From assembly GCA_913041535.1 (NCBI GenBank), contig CAJWJK010000005.1, positions 8,984-72,983 of the forward strand: 64,000 nt of DNA, in the 5' to 3' direction. The stretch comes from an uncultured Alphaproteobacteria bacterium (GTDB lineage: Bacteria > Pseudomonadota > Alphaproteobacteria > VGEJ01). Positions 8,913 through 20,183 of this stretch are shown piece after piece; positions within the stretch are counted from its first letter, which is position 1, and each line of letters begins with the position of its first letter. Under the pieces are notes generated by a model. The model was not told where the DNA came from. It made no database searches and was given only the letters and a program-made list of their open reading frames with translations. A program made the translations under genes and the position numbers.

Positions 8913-9647
8913 CTAGCAGTTGAAGAGCTGTTTCACACGTTCCAAATCCTCAGGAGTATCGACACCTGTCGGAGTCGAGTCAACGAGCTCGACACCGATA
9001 CACATACCTGCTTCAAGTGCTCGAAGCTGTTCAAGCCCTTCCCTATTTTCGAGAACGCTTCGCGGTAAGGCTGCGAACTGATCTAAGGTTTGGCGCCGAA
9101 ATCCGTAAATGCCAACATGGTGAAAACGAGGACCTTCGCCACTTGGTATCGGGGTACGAGAAAAATATAGAGCGTTCCTGACGCCTTTGTCATTTCCATT
9201 GGTCAGAACAACTTTGACAATATTCTGATTGTTGTGAGTTTCGTTGTCTGAGGTTGCAGCGGCAAGAGTCGCTATATCTACTCCTTCAGTTTTGAGGGGC
9301 GTTAATACCGAGCGGATTGTTTCGGGTTTTATGTATGGGCAGTCGCCTTGAAGATTAATTATGATGTCGGCAGTCGAGTCGAGAAGACAAACTGCCTCGT
9401 GCACACGGTCGGATCCGCTAGTGTGCTCATTATTTGTCAGGACCGCATTGCCCCCGGAATCCTTAATAGCGTCTGCTATTTCCTGATCTGGGCATGTCAC
9501 CCAAACGGGTCCGAGATCAGCTTCAATGGCCCTTTTCCAGACATGTACAATCATTGGGGTGCCAGCAATGTCGGCAAGTGGCTTTCCCGGAAATCGGGAC
9601 GATGCCATGCGGGCAGGAATAATTATTACAGTGGATCCAATGTTCAT
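8913..9647 (-). CDS. kdsB: 3-deoxy-manno-octulosonate cytidylyltransferase
   Basis: The N-terminus IIIPARMASSRFPGKPL and overall length are typical of CMP-KDO synthetase. Confidence 0.9.
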   Translation of the reverse strand: MNIGSTVIIIPARMASSRFPGKPLADIAGTPMIVHVWKRAIEADLGPVWVTCPDQEIADAIKDSGGNAVLTNNEHTSGSDRVHEAVCLLDSTADIIINLQGDCPYIKPETIRSVLTPLKTEGVDIATLAAATSDNETHNNQNIVKVVLTNGNDKGVRNALYFSRTPIPSGEGPRFHHVGIYGFRRQTLDQFAALPRSVLENREGLEQLRALEAGMCIGVELVDSTPTGVDTPEDLERVKQLFNC

Positions 9648-9767
9648 TACATTAAACCTATCAAAAGTGCTTTCATACAGGTTGCGTCCACATAGTGGTA
9701 GCCGCTAATCTGCGCAGAGTTATCGTTTAGACAACCCCATCCTTCTAGTTGCCCTAAGGTTAAGTTT

Positions 9768-10304
9768 ATGAATGCCCTAGAGTTTAATAAATACGCAGCA
9801 GCATTTCTATTTACGTTACTCGCTCTTTTTATCATTAATTATATCGCTGATTCTGCAATGGCACCCCATCACTTGGAGGAGAGTGTCTACCTAGTTGACG
9901 GAATAGAGAAGGTACAGAAAGAGGTGGTAGAAGTAGAGGTGCCAACGTTGCCTGTGTTGTTGTCGGAAGCGGATGTTTTAGCGGGACAGAAAGTATTTAG
10001 GAAGTGCAAAGCGTGTCATACACTAGAAGTTGGCGGAAAAAATAAGGTTGGTCCCAATATAAGTAATATTGTAGGACGCTCCCGTGCTGCAAATGCGGAC
10101 TTTCGATATTCGTCGTCGCTTTCTGATATAGGAGGTAATTGGGGATACGCCGATTTGGACTCTTTTATTGCTGATCCAAAAAAGTCAATTCCTGGTACAA
10201 AAATGACGTTTAGAGGCATCAAAGATGCCACTGATCGTGCAAACCTTATAATGTACTTGCAGTCGCAAACTGAATCGCCGCCGCCTTTGCCGGCGGTAGA
10301 GTAG
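9768..10304 (+). CDS. Membrane-anchored class I cytochrome c (c552/CycM-like)
   Basis: An N-terminal TM helix is followed by a single heme-binding CKACH motif and a downstream Met ligand region. Confidence 0.8.
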   Translation: MNALEFNKYAAAFLFTLLALFIINYIADSAMAPHHLEESVYLVDGIEKVQKEVVEVEVPTLPVLLSEADVLAGQKVFRKCKACHTLEVGGKNKVGPNISNIVGRSRAANADFRYSSSLSDIGGNWGYADLDSFIADPKKSIPGTKMTFRGIKDATDRANLIMYLQSQTESPPPLPAVE

Positions 10305-10319
10305 ATAAAGACCGACGCT

Positions 10320-11093
10320 GTGGCGTCGGCCTGTTCAGACGATTTCATTGCGTTCGCGAATCGTCTAGCGGATGCGTCGGGTGAGATAATTCGTCCTCAT
10401 TTTCGTTCGAAGTTTAAGGTTGATCAGAAGGTCGATGGGAGCCCCGTGACGTTTGCTGATCGGGAGGTAGAAACTTCTCTACGGTCACTAATACGCTCCA
10501 CTTATCCGGATCATGGAATTGTCGGAGAGGAAATGGGATCAGAGCACCTAAACGCGTCTTACGTTTGGGTAATTGACCCAATTGATGGAACCAAGGCTTT
10601 TATTTCGGGAGTACCGTTATTTGGGACATTGATAGCATTAACGTACCGAGGTCAGGCCATTCTTGGTGTAATTGATCAACCCATTACGGGGGAGCGTTGG
10701 ATTGGTGCCAGTGGGCATCCATGTCGTCTTGATGGCATGTCTGTGAAGACGCGGATAGTAGAAAAGCTCTCTGAGGCGGTTCTTTTTACTACAGAACCGG
10801 AACAGATGATTGGTGCGGAACAATTTGAACTGTTGGCGCAATCGGTAAATATTACTAGATATGGAACAGACTGTTATGCGTTTGGCTTACTTGCGTCAGG
10901 CTTTGTTGATCTTGTGATCGAACGCAATCTTCAAGTCCACGATTACATGGCGCTGATCCCTGTTGTGGAGTCTGCAGGTGGCGTAATCACCGATTGGTGT
11001 GGCCGAGGGTTGAATTTTGATAGTGATGGCACCGTGATTGCATCCGGCAATGCCGTGATACATCAAAAAGCTATAGATTTACTTCAAAGATAA
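10320..11093 (+). CDS. Inositol monophosphatase family protein (possibly the HisN-type histidinol-phosphatase of alphaproteobacteria)
   Basis: IMPase motifs are present (DPIDGT, WVIDP, GEEMG). Whether it acts on histidinol phosphate or inositol phosphate cannot be told from the sequence. Confidence 0.8.
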   Translation: MASACSDDFIAFANRLADASGEIIRPHFRSKFKVDQKVDGSPVTFADREVETSLRSLIRSTYPDHGIVGEEMGSEHLNASYVWVIDPIDGTKAFISGVPLFGTLIALTYRGQAILGVIDQPITGERWIGASGHPCRLDGMSVKTRIVEKLSEAVLFTTEPEQMIGAEQFELLAQSVNITRYGTDCYAFGLLASGFVDLVIERNLQVHDYMALIPVVESAGGVITDWCGRGLNFDSDGTVIASGNAVIHQKAIDLLQR

Positions 11094-11185
11094 TTGTTGG
11101 TTGGGTAGGTTTGAGTATAACTATCGTCCGTCAATTCGTAGTCAATGATCCAATTAACTGTTTCTCAGTCTGCAGCGGGTAGATC

Positions 11186-13015
11186 ATGCAAAATTTCTTA
11201 ACTGTTGGCCTATTAGCGATTGGAGTATTTCTTTCTTTGCCACAAGGCGTAATTGCAGAGACTACCGTTCAACATGGAACTTCCTTAACAGGAACGCTCA
11301 AATATGAAAAAGGTTATTATCATTTAGACTATGTAAACCCTAGCGCGCCTAAGGGTGGATACGTTAAGCAATATTCTATAGGTAGTTTTGATTCGCTTAA
11401 TCCGTTCATCTTAAAGGGCACCTCGGCAGCGTCTATTGGTCTTGTTTTTGAGACATTAATGAAGCAGCCAGAGGATGAGCTATCAGCAATGTATGGTTTA
11501 ATCGCAGAGACGATTGAGTTTCCTGACGATTATTCGTGGGCTGTTTTTAATTTGCGGCCCGAGGCACGATGGCACGATGGTGCACCTATCACAGCTGACG
11601 ATGTGGTTTTCACTTTTGATCTCCTTACAACTAAGGGTCACCCATTTTACAGAGCCTACTATGCAAATGTGGAGACCGTTGAGGCTGAGAGTTCAAAGCG
11701 CGTGAAGTTTACATTTAAAGGAGATCTTAATCGGGAGTTGCCGCACATTGTGGGACAACTTACCGTTTTACCAAAAGCATATTTTGATAACGCTGATTTT
11801 TCGAAGACTACGTTAGAGCCCATTATGGGTAGCGGTCCTTATCGTGTTTTAGAGGTTAATGCTCCTCATTCTATAACCTATCAGCGGGTAAAGAATTATT
11901 GGGGTCAAGATCTTCCAATCAATAAAGGCCAGTACAATTTTGATAGAATTCGCGTCGACTATTATATGGATCAAACTGTGGCGCTTGAGGCTTTCAAGGC
12001 GGGTGAGTATGACTTTCGCAGAGAGAATTCCGCCAGGCGTTGGGCTACGGGATACGATTCATCTGCTTTGAGTCAAGGGGATATTCGCAAGGAAGAAATT
12101 CGCCACGAGTTACCAACAGGCATGCAGGCATTTGTCTTTAACACACGTCGGCCAATCTTTAATGACCGTCGAGTTCGTAATGCTATAGGACATGCTTTTG
12201 ATTTTGAATGGTCAAATAAGACTCTTTTTTATGGACAGTATGATCGGACAAATAGCTACTTCTCAAACTCTGAATTGGCGGCGCGTGGACTGCCATCTGT
12301 TCAAGAAGTGGCTTACCTGGAACCGTTTCGTTCTTTGCTTCCGTCCGAAGTATTTGATCAAGAATATAAGGCTCCGAAAAGTGATGGTTCTGGAAGTGAT
12401 AGAAGACTGTTGCGTCGGGCAAAAACGCTATTGCAGGACGCTGGTTGGATTATAAGGGATAATCGGCTTATCCATTCGGAGACCCTACGGCAAATGGAGA
12501 TAGAGTTTCTTCTTAACAGTCCGGACTTTGAAAGAATCGTGCAACCCTTTGCGCGAAATTTAGAGCGGTTAGGAATTTTTACCAACATTCGAACGGTTGA
12601 TACAGCTCAGTACCAAAACAGGGTGGATGGTTTTGATTTCGATATCGTTGTAGCAACATTTCCACAATCGGATTCACCTGGAAACGAACAGCGAGATTAC
12701 TGGGGGTCAGTAGCAGCTGACACCTTAGGGGGGCGCAACTTGATCGGAGTGAAGGACGAGGTGGTTGATACTTTGATCGATCGTATAATCTATGCGCCGG
12801 ATCGAGAATCCTTGGTAGCCGCAAGTCGTGCCCTAGATAGAGTTTTGCTTTGGCGGCATTATGTTGTTCCCCAATTCCATTCGCGCACTTTCCGTGTTGC
12901 TTATTGGAAGCGGTTTGGGCGCCCTGAGATTACCCCTAAATATGGTATTGGGTTTTTTAGTTGGTGGATTGATTCTGATCTAGAGTCTGAGATCTCCCGC
13001 TCTAAGGGTAACTGA
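11186..13015 (+). CDS. yejA: ABC transporter substrate-binding protein, family 5 (YejA-like peptide/microcin C-type)
   Basis: It has a signal peptide and SBP_bac_5 architecture, and is followed by yejB/E/F-type permeases and a double ATPase. Confidence 0.8.
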   Translation: MQNFLTVGLLAIGVFLSLPQGVIAETTVQHGTSLTGTLKYEKGYYHLDYVNPSAPKGGYVKQYSIGSFDSLNPFILKGTSAASIGLVFETLMKQPEDELSAMYGLIAETIEFPDDYSWAVFNLRPEARWHDGAPITADDVVFTFDLLTTKGHPFYRAYYANVETVEAESSKRVKFTFKGDLNRELPHIVGQLTVLPKAYFDNADFSKTTLEPIMGSGPYRVLEVNAPHSITYQRVKNYWGQDLPINKGQYNFDRIRVDYYMDQTVALEAFKAGEYDFRRENSARRWATGYDSSALSQGDIRKEEIRHELPTGMQAFVFNTRRPIFNDRRVRNAIGHAFDFEWSNKTLFYGQYDRTNSYFSNSELAARGLPSVQEVAYLEPFRSLLPSEVFDQEYKAPKSDGSGSDRRLLRRAKTLLQDAGWIIRDNRLIHSETLRQMEIEFLLNSPDFERIVQPFARNLERLGIFTNIRTVDTAQYQNRVDGFDFDIVVATFPQSDSPGNEQRDYWGSVAADTLGGRNLIGVKDEVVDTLIDRIIYAPDRESLVAASRALDRVLLWRHYVVPQFHSRTFRVAYWKRFGRPEITPKYGIGFFSWWIDSDLESEISRSKGN

Positions 13016-13336
13016 TAATACTACTTATCCTAATTTTGGAGTGCGCCGTTCGTATCAGTTATACTGCTTCAGGGAATGATTATCCGATGTTACTAGGCAT
13101 CGAAGCAATACTGTGATCCACTACGTTATGTATATGCTGTCCTGAAAAGAAGTAGCCTCCAATTTGATTAGTAACAGATTCGGATATTTATCACGATGGA
13201 GTTGTTGGAAAGCATCGTGTTATAGCTCAGGCCTTGAAAGTTATGTATTTCAGGTGCTTGCATTTGGCTCACTGGGTGCCTGTGGAGCTACAAGTATGTG
13301 TTGTGGCACTGTATTTTCAGAGCTTTTGTTCCGAAG

Positions 13337-15181
13337 ATGAGATTCAAATCGATAATTCATATTGTGGTGTTCGTTGCGGTAATTCTATTCCACTCAATAA
13401 TTGCAGCTGAGCCACAACATGGATTATCGACTTTTGGGGATCTAAAATACCCGGCTGACTTTAACAACTTCGCATACGTTAGGCCGAATGCCCCAAAGGG
13501 GGGAGAAGTGCGTCTAGCGGACTATGGTTCGTTTGATAATCTTAACCCCTTTATTCTTAAGGGTATAAAACTTCGTGGTTTGGGGGCACGTGCCATGTTG
13601 TTGCCATTTGAATCTTTAATGGTAACGGCTGAGGATGAACCTGATTCTGTGTACGGATTAGTTGCTAAGAGTGCTGAGGTTTCCATAGATGGATCGCGGG
13701 TTCAATTTTACCTTCGACCTGAGGCGCGCTGGCACGACGGCCGACCGATCACTGCGACTGATGTAACTTACTCATTCCAAATTCTTAAAGCAAAGGGACG
13801 GCCATTTTTTAAATTGAGTTATCGCGATATCTTAAGTGCACGCGCGTTAGACACAGATATTGTGCAATTTGACTTTGTTCCTGGTGCAGGGCGGGGTTTG
13901 CCGCGGATAGTTGCGGGCATGCCGATCATCTCAATGTCCTACTTCAAGGAAAATAATTTTGATCGCACAACATTAGTTCCTCCTCTGGGAAGTGGGCCCT
14001 ACAAGGTTTCTCAGGTTGATCCGGGTCGAGCGCTAGTTTACAAGCGAGTCCAAGACTATTGGGGTTCTATGCTCCCTGTTAATAGGGGCCGCTATAACTT
14101 TGATGTCGTGCGATTTGACTTCTATCGTGATCGTTCGGTGGCATTTGAAGCCTTTAAGTCGGGCGATTTTGATTTTCACGAAGAATTTATGTCAAAAAAT
14201 TGGGCTACAGGATACGATTTTCCAGCTGTAAAAGATGGCCGTATTCTCCGTACGACGGTACCAGACGAGTCACCTTCGGGTACCCAGGCGTTTTTTATCA
14301 ATTCGCGAAAGGAAAAATTTAGCGATCGTCGGGTGCGAAAGGCTTTAGGGTACGCATTTGACTTTGAATGGACCAATAAGAACCTGTTTTACGGATTATA
14401 CCGTAGAACGTCTAGTATGTTTGAAAACTCAGATCTGCGGGCTCGTGGTGTTCCGGAGGGTGCTGAGTTGGAGCTGATTAATGTATATCGGAGCGCCGTT
14501 CCAGTGGAGGTCGTGACTGAAGAATATCAGCCGCCAACGACGGATGGTAGTGGGGACATTCGGAGCCATCTGCTATCAGCCCGAAAACTTTTGGAGGAAG
14601 CTGGTTGGCGTGTTATCGGTGGGCGACTCATTAATGACTCAGGGCAACAGATGGAGATTGAGTTTTTATCTGACGTGCCAGCGTTCGAGCGGATAATCGG
14701 CCCCTTTGTCCGCAATCTGGAACGTCTTGGCATTGCGGCTCGTATACGAAATGTAGATTCTTCGCAATATACGAATCGGGTCCAAAATTACGATTTTGAT
14801 ATAATTACCGCTCGATTTGTTTTGCCCCGCACACCTGGGGCTGAACAGCATAGTTTTTGGGGTTCGGCAGGTGCAGAATTGCCAGGGGGGCTAAACTATG
14901 CGGGTGTAAAAGATCCCGTTATCGATAGTCTAATAGAAAAATTAGGAGATGCTCAAAATAGGGCTGAGCTCAAGCCAGTAATTGGTGCGATGGATCGAGT
15001 TTTGATGTGGGGTCATTATACAATACCTCAATGGTTTAAAGCTTCTCACTTCATTGCCTATTGGGATAAATTTGGTCGGCCCTACGTTAAACCAAAGTAC
15101 TCATTAAGCTTTTTGGATACTTGGTGGGTGGATTCAGAAAAACAGATGGTTCTAGATGCAGCGCTGAAGGAGCCGAATTGA
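13337..15181 (+). CDS. Second YejA-like family 5 substrate-binding protein (tandem paralog)
   Basis: It is collinear with the preceding SBP and shares many identical blocks (RPEARWHDG, GSGPY, NWATGYD, FERI..PF.RNLERLGI). Start chosen at Met 13337 (MRFKS…), just ahead of the signal peptide; it follows a 282-bp spacer. Confidence 0.8.
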   Translation: MRFKSIIHIVVFVAVILFHSIIAAEPQHGLSTFGDLKYPADFNNFAYVRPNAPKGGEVRLADYGSFDNLNPFILKGIKLRGLGARAMLLPFESLMVTAEDEPDSVYGLVAKSAEVSIDGSRVQFYLRPEARWHDGRPITATDVTYSFQILKAKGRPFFKLSYRDILSARALDTDIVQFDFVPGAGRGLPRIVAGMPIISMSYFKENNFDRTTLVPPLGSGPYKVSQVDPGRALVYKRVQDYWGSMLPVNRGRYNFDVVRFDFYRDRSVAFEAFKSGDFDFHEEFMSKNWATGYDFPAVKDGRILRTTVPDESPSGTQAFFINSRKEKFSDRRVRKALGYAFDFEWTNKNLFYGLYRRTSSMFENSDLRARGVPEGAELELINVYRSAVPVEVVTEEYQPPTTDGSGDIRSHLLSARKLLEEAGWRVIGGRLINDSGQQMEIEFLSDVPAFERIIGPFVRNLERLGIAARIRNVDSSQYTNRVQNYDFDIITARFVLPRTPGAEQHSFWGSAGAELPGGLNYAGVKDPVIDSLIEKLGDAQNRAELKPVIGAMDRVLMWGHYTIPQWFKASHFIAYWDKFGRPYVKPKYSLSFLDTWWVDSEKQMVLDAALKEPN

Positions 15182-15205
15182 TCATTAATCGCATCTTAAG
15201 CTGAT

Positions 15206-16318
15206 ATGATAACTTATATAATCCGTCGGCTTCTTCTGATTGTGCCAACTCTTTTTGGTATCATGGTAATTAACTTTGCGGTGGTTCAGGTGGCTCCGGG
15301 GGGGCCTGTAGAACAACTGATAGCGCAGATTCAAGGAACCGCCGTTGACGCAACAGCACGGTTCGGCGGAGGTACTACAAGTGAGGTTGGGTCTGGTGAT
15401 TTGAGGGCGCAAACAGGGCAAGCGGATATTACAAGTAAGTATCGGGGTGGACAGGGGCTAGACCCAGAATTCATAAAGGAGCTTGAGCGTCAATTTGGTT
15501 TTGACAAGCCTGCACACGAACGCTTCATTCACATGATGGGTAATTTTATCCAGTTTGACTTTGGAGTTAGTTATTTTCGAGATCGATCCGTGGTGTCTCT
15601 TGTTCTCGAGAAGATGCCAGTATCGATCTCTCTAGGACTATGGACTACGCTTCTCGTGTATCTGATTTCCATACCATTGGGTGTAGCTAAGGCTGTTCGC
15701 GATGGTACACGCTTTGATGTTTGGACGAGTACTATCATCATCATAGGCTACTCGATCCCAGGATTTCTATTTGCAGTATTGTTGATTGTATTGTTTGCAG
15801 GCGGAACCTATTGGGATTGGTTTCCCTTACGTGGTCTGGTGTCGGAAAATTGGAGAGAGCTTTCTCTAGGGGCATTAATACTCGACTATTTCTGGCATAT
15901 GACACTACCAATTATAGCGCTAGTAATTGGTGGTTTTGCAACACTGACCATGTTGACCAAGAATTCGTTTCTGGATGAGATAAATAAGCAGTACGTTGTT
16001 ACAGCGCGGGCCAAGGGTCTAACGTCAAGTCAGGTCCTATATGGACACGTCTTTAGAAATGCAATGCTTATAGTTGTGGCTGGGTTTCCAGGTGCGTTCG
16101 TGGGAATTCTGTTTACCGGTTCGGTCATAATCGAGAACATCTTCTCTCTTGATGGACTGGGTCTTCTGGGATTTGAGGCAGTAGTTAGTCGGGACTATCC
16201 GGTGTTCTTTGGCACGCTTTTTGCGTTTAGTCTGATGGGTTTAATCCTCCAGTTGGTTGGAGATTTAGTTTATACGGTTATTGATCCTCGTATTGACTTT
16301 GAGGCACGCAGTGTCTGA
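15206..16318 (+). CDS. yejB: ABC transporter permease (YejB-like)
   Basis: BPD_transp_1 permease with multiple TM segments; it follows the SBP genes. Confidence 0.85.
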   Translation: MITYIIRRLLLIVPTLFGIMVINFAVVQVAPGGPVEQLIAQIQGTAVDATARFGGGTTSEVGSGDLRAQTGQADITSKYRGGQGLDPEFIKELERQFGFDKPAHERFIHMMGNFIQFDFGVSYFRDRSVVSLVLEKMPVSISLGLWTTLLVYLISIPLGVAKAVRDGTRFDVWTSTIIIIGYSIPGFLFAVLLIVLFAGGTYWDWFPLRGLVSENWRELSLGALILDYFWHMTLPIIALVIGGFATLTMLTKNSFLDEINKQYVVTARAKGLTSSQVLYGHVFRNAMLIVVAGFPGAFVGILFTGSVIIENIFSLDGLGLLGFEAVVSRDYPVFFGTLFAFSLMGLILQLVGDLVYTVIDPRIDFEARSV

Positions 16319-17387
16319 CGCTCAATCAGCGCACAATGACTTTTCTCGGCCTAAGACCCGAAGCTTGGTAAGCCCACTTAATCGAAGACGCTTGGCAAAC
16401 TTTAGATCAAATAAGCGTGGATTCTGGTCGCTGTGGATCTTCCTGTTTCTGTTCGTTATAAGCCTATTTGCAGAATTCATCGCTAATGATAAGCCTCTAT
16501 TAGTACAATTTAGGGGCGACGTATATATGCCCATTTTCGAGTCGTATCCGGAAACTGTATTTGGCGGCGATTTTGAAACCGAGACCGAGTATAGGGATCT
16601 TTATGTTCAAGAGTTAATTGAGGCAAATGGTTGGATCGTGTGGCCATTGATACCATACAGTTATGACACAATTAACTACGACTTGCCTGTGCCGGCACCA
16701 GCGCCACCGTCCTCTGAAAACTGGCTGGGAACTGATGATCAAGCTAGAGATGTTGTGGCTCGCTTGTTATATGGCTTTCGTCTCTCTGTATTATTCGGGC
16801 TCATTCTTGCCATCGTAAGCTCTATTTTAGGTGTAATTGCTGGAGCGGTTCAGGGATATGCGGGTGGCGTTACAGATTTGATATTCCAGCGTTTCATTGA
16901 AGTTTGGTCTGGGCTTCCAACTCTGTTTCTCTTGATCATACTCGCCAGTATTGTTGAGCCAAGTTTTATTCTTTTATTAGGACTTATGTTGCTTTTCAGT
17001 TGGACGGCATTGGTAGGAGTTGTCCGCGCAGAATTTTTACGCGCACGCAATTTTGATTATGTTCGCGCGGCTCGCGCGTTGGGTGTTAGTAATATCTCTA
17101 TCATGTATAGGCACTTACTGCCGAATGCCATGGTAGCAACGCTTACTTTCTTGCCCTTTATTCTTAATGGTTCAGTTACCACCCTAACCGCACTGGATTT
17201 CCTAGGTTTTGGATTGCCACCAGGTTCTCCATCTCTTGGGGAGTTATTAAGCCAAGGAAAAGCTAATCTCCAAGCGCCCTGGCTGGGTTTCTCTGGTTTT
17301 GCAGTGCTGGCGGTAATGCTGAGCCTTTTAATTTTTATCGGAGAGGCCGTGCGTGATGCATTTGACCCACGGAAGACATTGCAATGA
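16311..17387 (+). CDS. yejE: ABC transporter permease (YejE-like)
   Basis: BPD_transp_1 permease. The likely GTG start at 16311 overlaps the yejB stop (GTGTCTGA); the ORF as listed begins at TTG 16281. Confidence 0.8.
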   Translation: MSDAQSAHNDFSRPKTRSLVSPLNRRRLANFRSNKRGFWSLWIFLFLFVISLFAEFIANDKPLLVQFRGDVYMPIFESYPETVFGGDFETETEYRDLYVQELIEANGWIVWPLIPYSYDTINYDLPVPAPAPPSSENWLGTDDQARDVVARLLYGFRLSVLFGLILAIVSSILGVIAGAVQGYAGGVTDLIFQRFIEVWSGLPTLFLLIILASIVEPSFILLLGLMLLFSWTALVGVVRAEFLRARNFDYVRAARALGVSNISIMYRHLLPNAMVATLTFLPFILNGSVTTLTALDFLGFGLPPGSPSLGELLSQGKANLQAPWLGFSGFAVLAVMLSLLIFIGEAVRDAFDPRKTLQ

Positions 17388-19006
17388 GCAGGCCTCCATA
17401 TCTCCGAGTGGAAAATCTATCTGTCACGTTCCACGCAGAGCCAGATCCGATTGAGGCGGTTCGTAGAATTTCGTTTCAGGTTAATGAAGGGGAAACCCTT
17501 GCCATTGTGGGAGAGAGTGGCTGTGGCAAGTCCGTAACAGCGTTATCTATAATGCAGTTATTGCCGTATCCCAAGGCTTTTCATCCTCACGGCTCAATAG
17601 AATTGGAAGGAGAGCAGATACTAGGTGCGGATGACAGGCGTCTTAGGGAACTTCGTGGCAATAGTATCTCAATGATTTTCCAGGAGCCTATGACGTCGTT
17701 AAATCCCCTACACACCGTCGAGAAACAGGTTAGCGAAGTTCTGTCGTTACATAAGGGATTCAATCGCTCGACCGCAAGTAGGAGAACTTTAGAGCTGCTA
17801 CGTTTGGTAGGTCTTCAAGAAGCGGAGAGTCGTCTTCAGGCTTGGCCACACCAACTTTCAGGCGGCCAACGTCAAAGGGTTATGATTGCGATGGCCCTTG
17901 CCAATGAACCTAAGCTTCTGATTGCTGATGAGCCAACGACTGCGCTCGATGTGACCGTACAGGCGCAGATTTTGGATTTGCTCCACGAGTTGCAGGAGCG
18001 GCTGGGCATGGCAATGTTGCTGATAACCCATGACCTAGGCGTTGTCCGCAAGATGGCTGATAGAGTGTGTGTGATGCATGAAGGAGTAATTGTCGAAGAC
18101 AATGATAAGAAATCGATTTTTTCACATCCTGAACATGAATATACGCGCCATCTTCTTGAAGCAGAGCCCACTGATCGCAATATCACGCCGTGTCCAACGG
18201 CACCTATAGTTTTGTCTGCGCAGAAGATTAGTGTCCATTTTCCGATCCAGAAAGGGGTTTTGCGACGGACGGTGGACCATGTAAGGGCAGTCAATGAGAT
18301 CGATATAGAACTGCGTGAAGCACATACTCTTGGAATAGTTGGTGAATCAGGGTCCGGAAAAACTACCTTGGGTCTTGCGTTGCTTCGGCTATTAAAGAGT
18401 AAGGGAAAAATCCGCTTTGGTGAAAGTGATATTCAGGGGTTCGGATTCAGGGATATGCGGCCATTGAGGCGTCAACTGCAGATTGTCTTTCAGGATCCCT
18501 TTTCATCCCTTAATCCACGTTTGTCAGTTGGACAGATTATTGAGGAAGGACTGCTTGTCCATAGACTAGGTGGGAGGCGAGATAATCGCCGGCATATGAT
18601 AAGCTCTATACTTGAGGAGGTTGGTATAGAGCCTTCATGGCAAGATAGATATCCACATGAGTTTTCTGGAGGTCAGCGACAACGTATAGCAATCGCGCGA
18701 GCTATGATCTTGAAACCACGTTGCGTGGTTTTGGACGAGCCAACGTCAGCACTGGATAGGTCTGTCCAAGCTCAGATCGTGGATTTGTTGCGTGATTTGC
18801 AGCGTCGTCACAATCTTTCGTATCTTTTCATCAGTCATGATCTAAGAGTTGTTCGTGCGATGTGCGATTCGATAATTGTTATGCGGAACGGTAAGGTTGT
18901 TGAATATGGGCAAACACATCAGATTTTTGAATATCCCCGCAGCGAGTACACACGAGCGCTGATTGCTGCGGCTTTTGAATTAGAGACGGTGGAGGTCTTT
19001 CCGTAA
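17384..19006 (+). CDS. yejF: ABC transporter ATP-binding protein with duplicated ATPase domains (YejF-like)
   Basis: Two Walker A motifs (GESGCGKS and GESGSGKT) and two LSGGQRQR signatures are present. The ATGA overlap with yejE indicates translational coupling. Confidence 0.85.
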   Translation: MSRPPYLRVENLSVTFHAEPDPIEAVRRISFQVNEGETLAIVGESGCGKSVTALSIMQLLPYPKAFHPHGSIELEGEQILGADDRRLRELRGNSISMIFQEPMTSLNPLHTVEKQVSEVLSLHKGFNRSTASRRTLELLRLVGLQEAESRLQAWPHQLSGGQRQRVMIAMALANEPKLLIADEPTTALDVTVQAQILDLLHELQERLGMAMLLITHDLGVVRKMADRVCVMHEGVIVEDNDKKSIFSHPEHEYTRHLLEAEPTDRNITPCPTAPIVLSAQKISVHFPIQKGVLRRTVDHVRAVNEIDIELREAHTLGIVGESGSGKTTLGLALLRLLKSKGKIRFGESDIQGFGFRDMRPLRRQLQIVFQDPFSSLNPRLSVGQIIEEGLLVHRLGGRRDNRRHMISSILEEVGIEPSWQDRYPHEFSGGQRQRIAIARAMILKPRCVVLDEPTSALDRSVQAQIVDLLRDLQRRHNLSYLFISHDLRVVRAMCDSIIVMRNGKVVEYGQTHQIFEYPRSEYTRALIAAAFELETVEVFP

Positions 19007-19016
19007 GGAATTAGTC

Positions 19017-19946
19017 ATGGCTCTTCTATTTGTATCTAGTACCGATGATCCAGAGGAATTCCGTGAAGCTCTGGTCGCGGAGATTCCTGATTTGGACTTT
19101 CGTATCTGGCCTGATTCTGGTGACCCATTGGACATTGACGTGGCTTTAGTGTGGAAACCAGAAGTTGGCTTACTTCGTCAATTCCCTAATCTTAAGGTGA
19201 TAATCTCGCTTGGTGCGGGTGTTGATCACATATTCCTCGATACAGAAAGACCACCGCACGTACCAGTTGTGCGATTGATTGACCGTTCACTTACTACTCA
19301 AATGAGTGAGTACGCGGTGCTAGGAATATTGCGCCATCATCGCTTACTGCCTGTCTATGAGGCAGCGCAGAGGTCGTGTCACTGGGAGAAATTTGGGCCG
19401 CCAGATACCATGAGAACACCTGTAGGTATACTAGGTCTTGGCGTGATTGGAACCGATACAGCGAGAAAACTAAAGGCGTTTGGGTTTCCTGTTCGAGGTT
19501 GGACGAGAACTCCACGGAAGGTAAAGGGCGTGGAGTGCTTCCATGGCCCAGAAGGTCTAATTGAAATGCTAGGCGAGTGCCGTTTTTTATCTTGTTTCTT
19601 GCCAATGACGCGGCAGACTCAAGGCATAATAGACGCTCGAACTCTTTCAGCCCTTCCCAAGGGAGCCTATATTTTGAATTTAGCTCGTGGGGGTCATGTG
19701 GTAGATGATGATTTGATTGCAGCTATAGATAGGGGGCACATTGCTGGTGCTATGCTTGATGTGTTTAACCGTGAACCGTTAGATACTTCTCATCCATTTT
19801 GGCGGCATCCCAAAATTACCGTTACTCCTCACATTGCCGGTCTCACTGTGGCCTCCTCAGTTGCTTTACAGGTGGCCGACAACATTCGTCGTGTCCGTTC
19901 CGGTCGTAGTTTGATAAATCAAGTCGACCCCCAACGTGAGTATTGA
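19017..19946 (+). CDS. D-2-hydroxyacid dehydrogenase (glyoxylate/hydroxypyruvate reductase A-like)
   Basis: Contains the NAD-binding GLGVIG motif and a catalytic Arg/Glu/His region (ARGGHVVDDDLIAAI…TPHIAG). Confidence 0.8.
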   Translation: MALLFVSSTDDPEEFREALVAEIPDLDFRIWPDSGDPLDIDVALVWKPEVGLLRQFPNLKVIISLGAGVDHIFLDTERPPHVPVVRLIDRSLTTQMSEYAVLGILRHHRLLPVYEAAQRSCHWEKFGPPDTMRTPVGILGLGVIGTDTARKLKAFGFPVRGWTRTPRKVKGVECFHGPEGLIEMLGECRFLSCFLPMTRQTQGIIDARTLSALPKGAYILNLARGGHVVDDDLIAAIDRGHIAGAMLDVFNREPLDTSHPFWRHPKITVTPHIAGLTVASSVALQVADNIRRVRSGRSLINQVDPQREY

Positions 19947-20183
19947 GACATATCGAGTCATTGCTGGCAAAAATTAATCCAGTGTCTATAGGTTGCTTCA
20001 ATGATGTAAGCACCCAGTTTGGCTATTTGACCATGGTGCCAAACCTACCATAAGAAATTTTTGATTCTGTTGCACATTCTGTGAGTTATGTTAAGCGTGT
20101 CGAAATTTCCCGAGATTTTCGTGTTATCTAGAAAAAAGTTGGGACTTTTTGCAAATAGTCTCCCCTACAGGAGCATTGGTCGT

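Noticed and set aside
17872-18294. A 140-aa minus-strand ORF and several 60-70 aa ORFs inside yejF
   Set aside because: They are antisense to a double-Walker ABC ATPase with intact motifs. These are shadow ORFs.
19947-20183. AAAAAGT-tggg-ACTTTTT hairpin in the convergent ghrA-like/pepA gap as a possible terminator
   Set aside because: The stem is all A/T with no flanking U-run on either strand, so it is too weak to call an intrinsic terminator.
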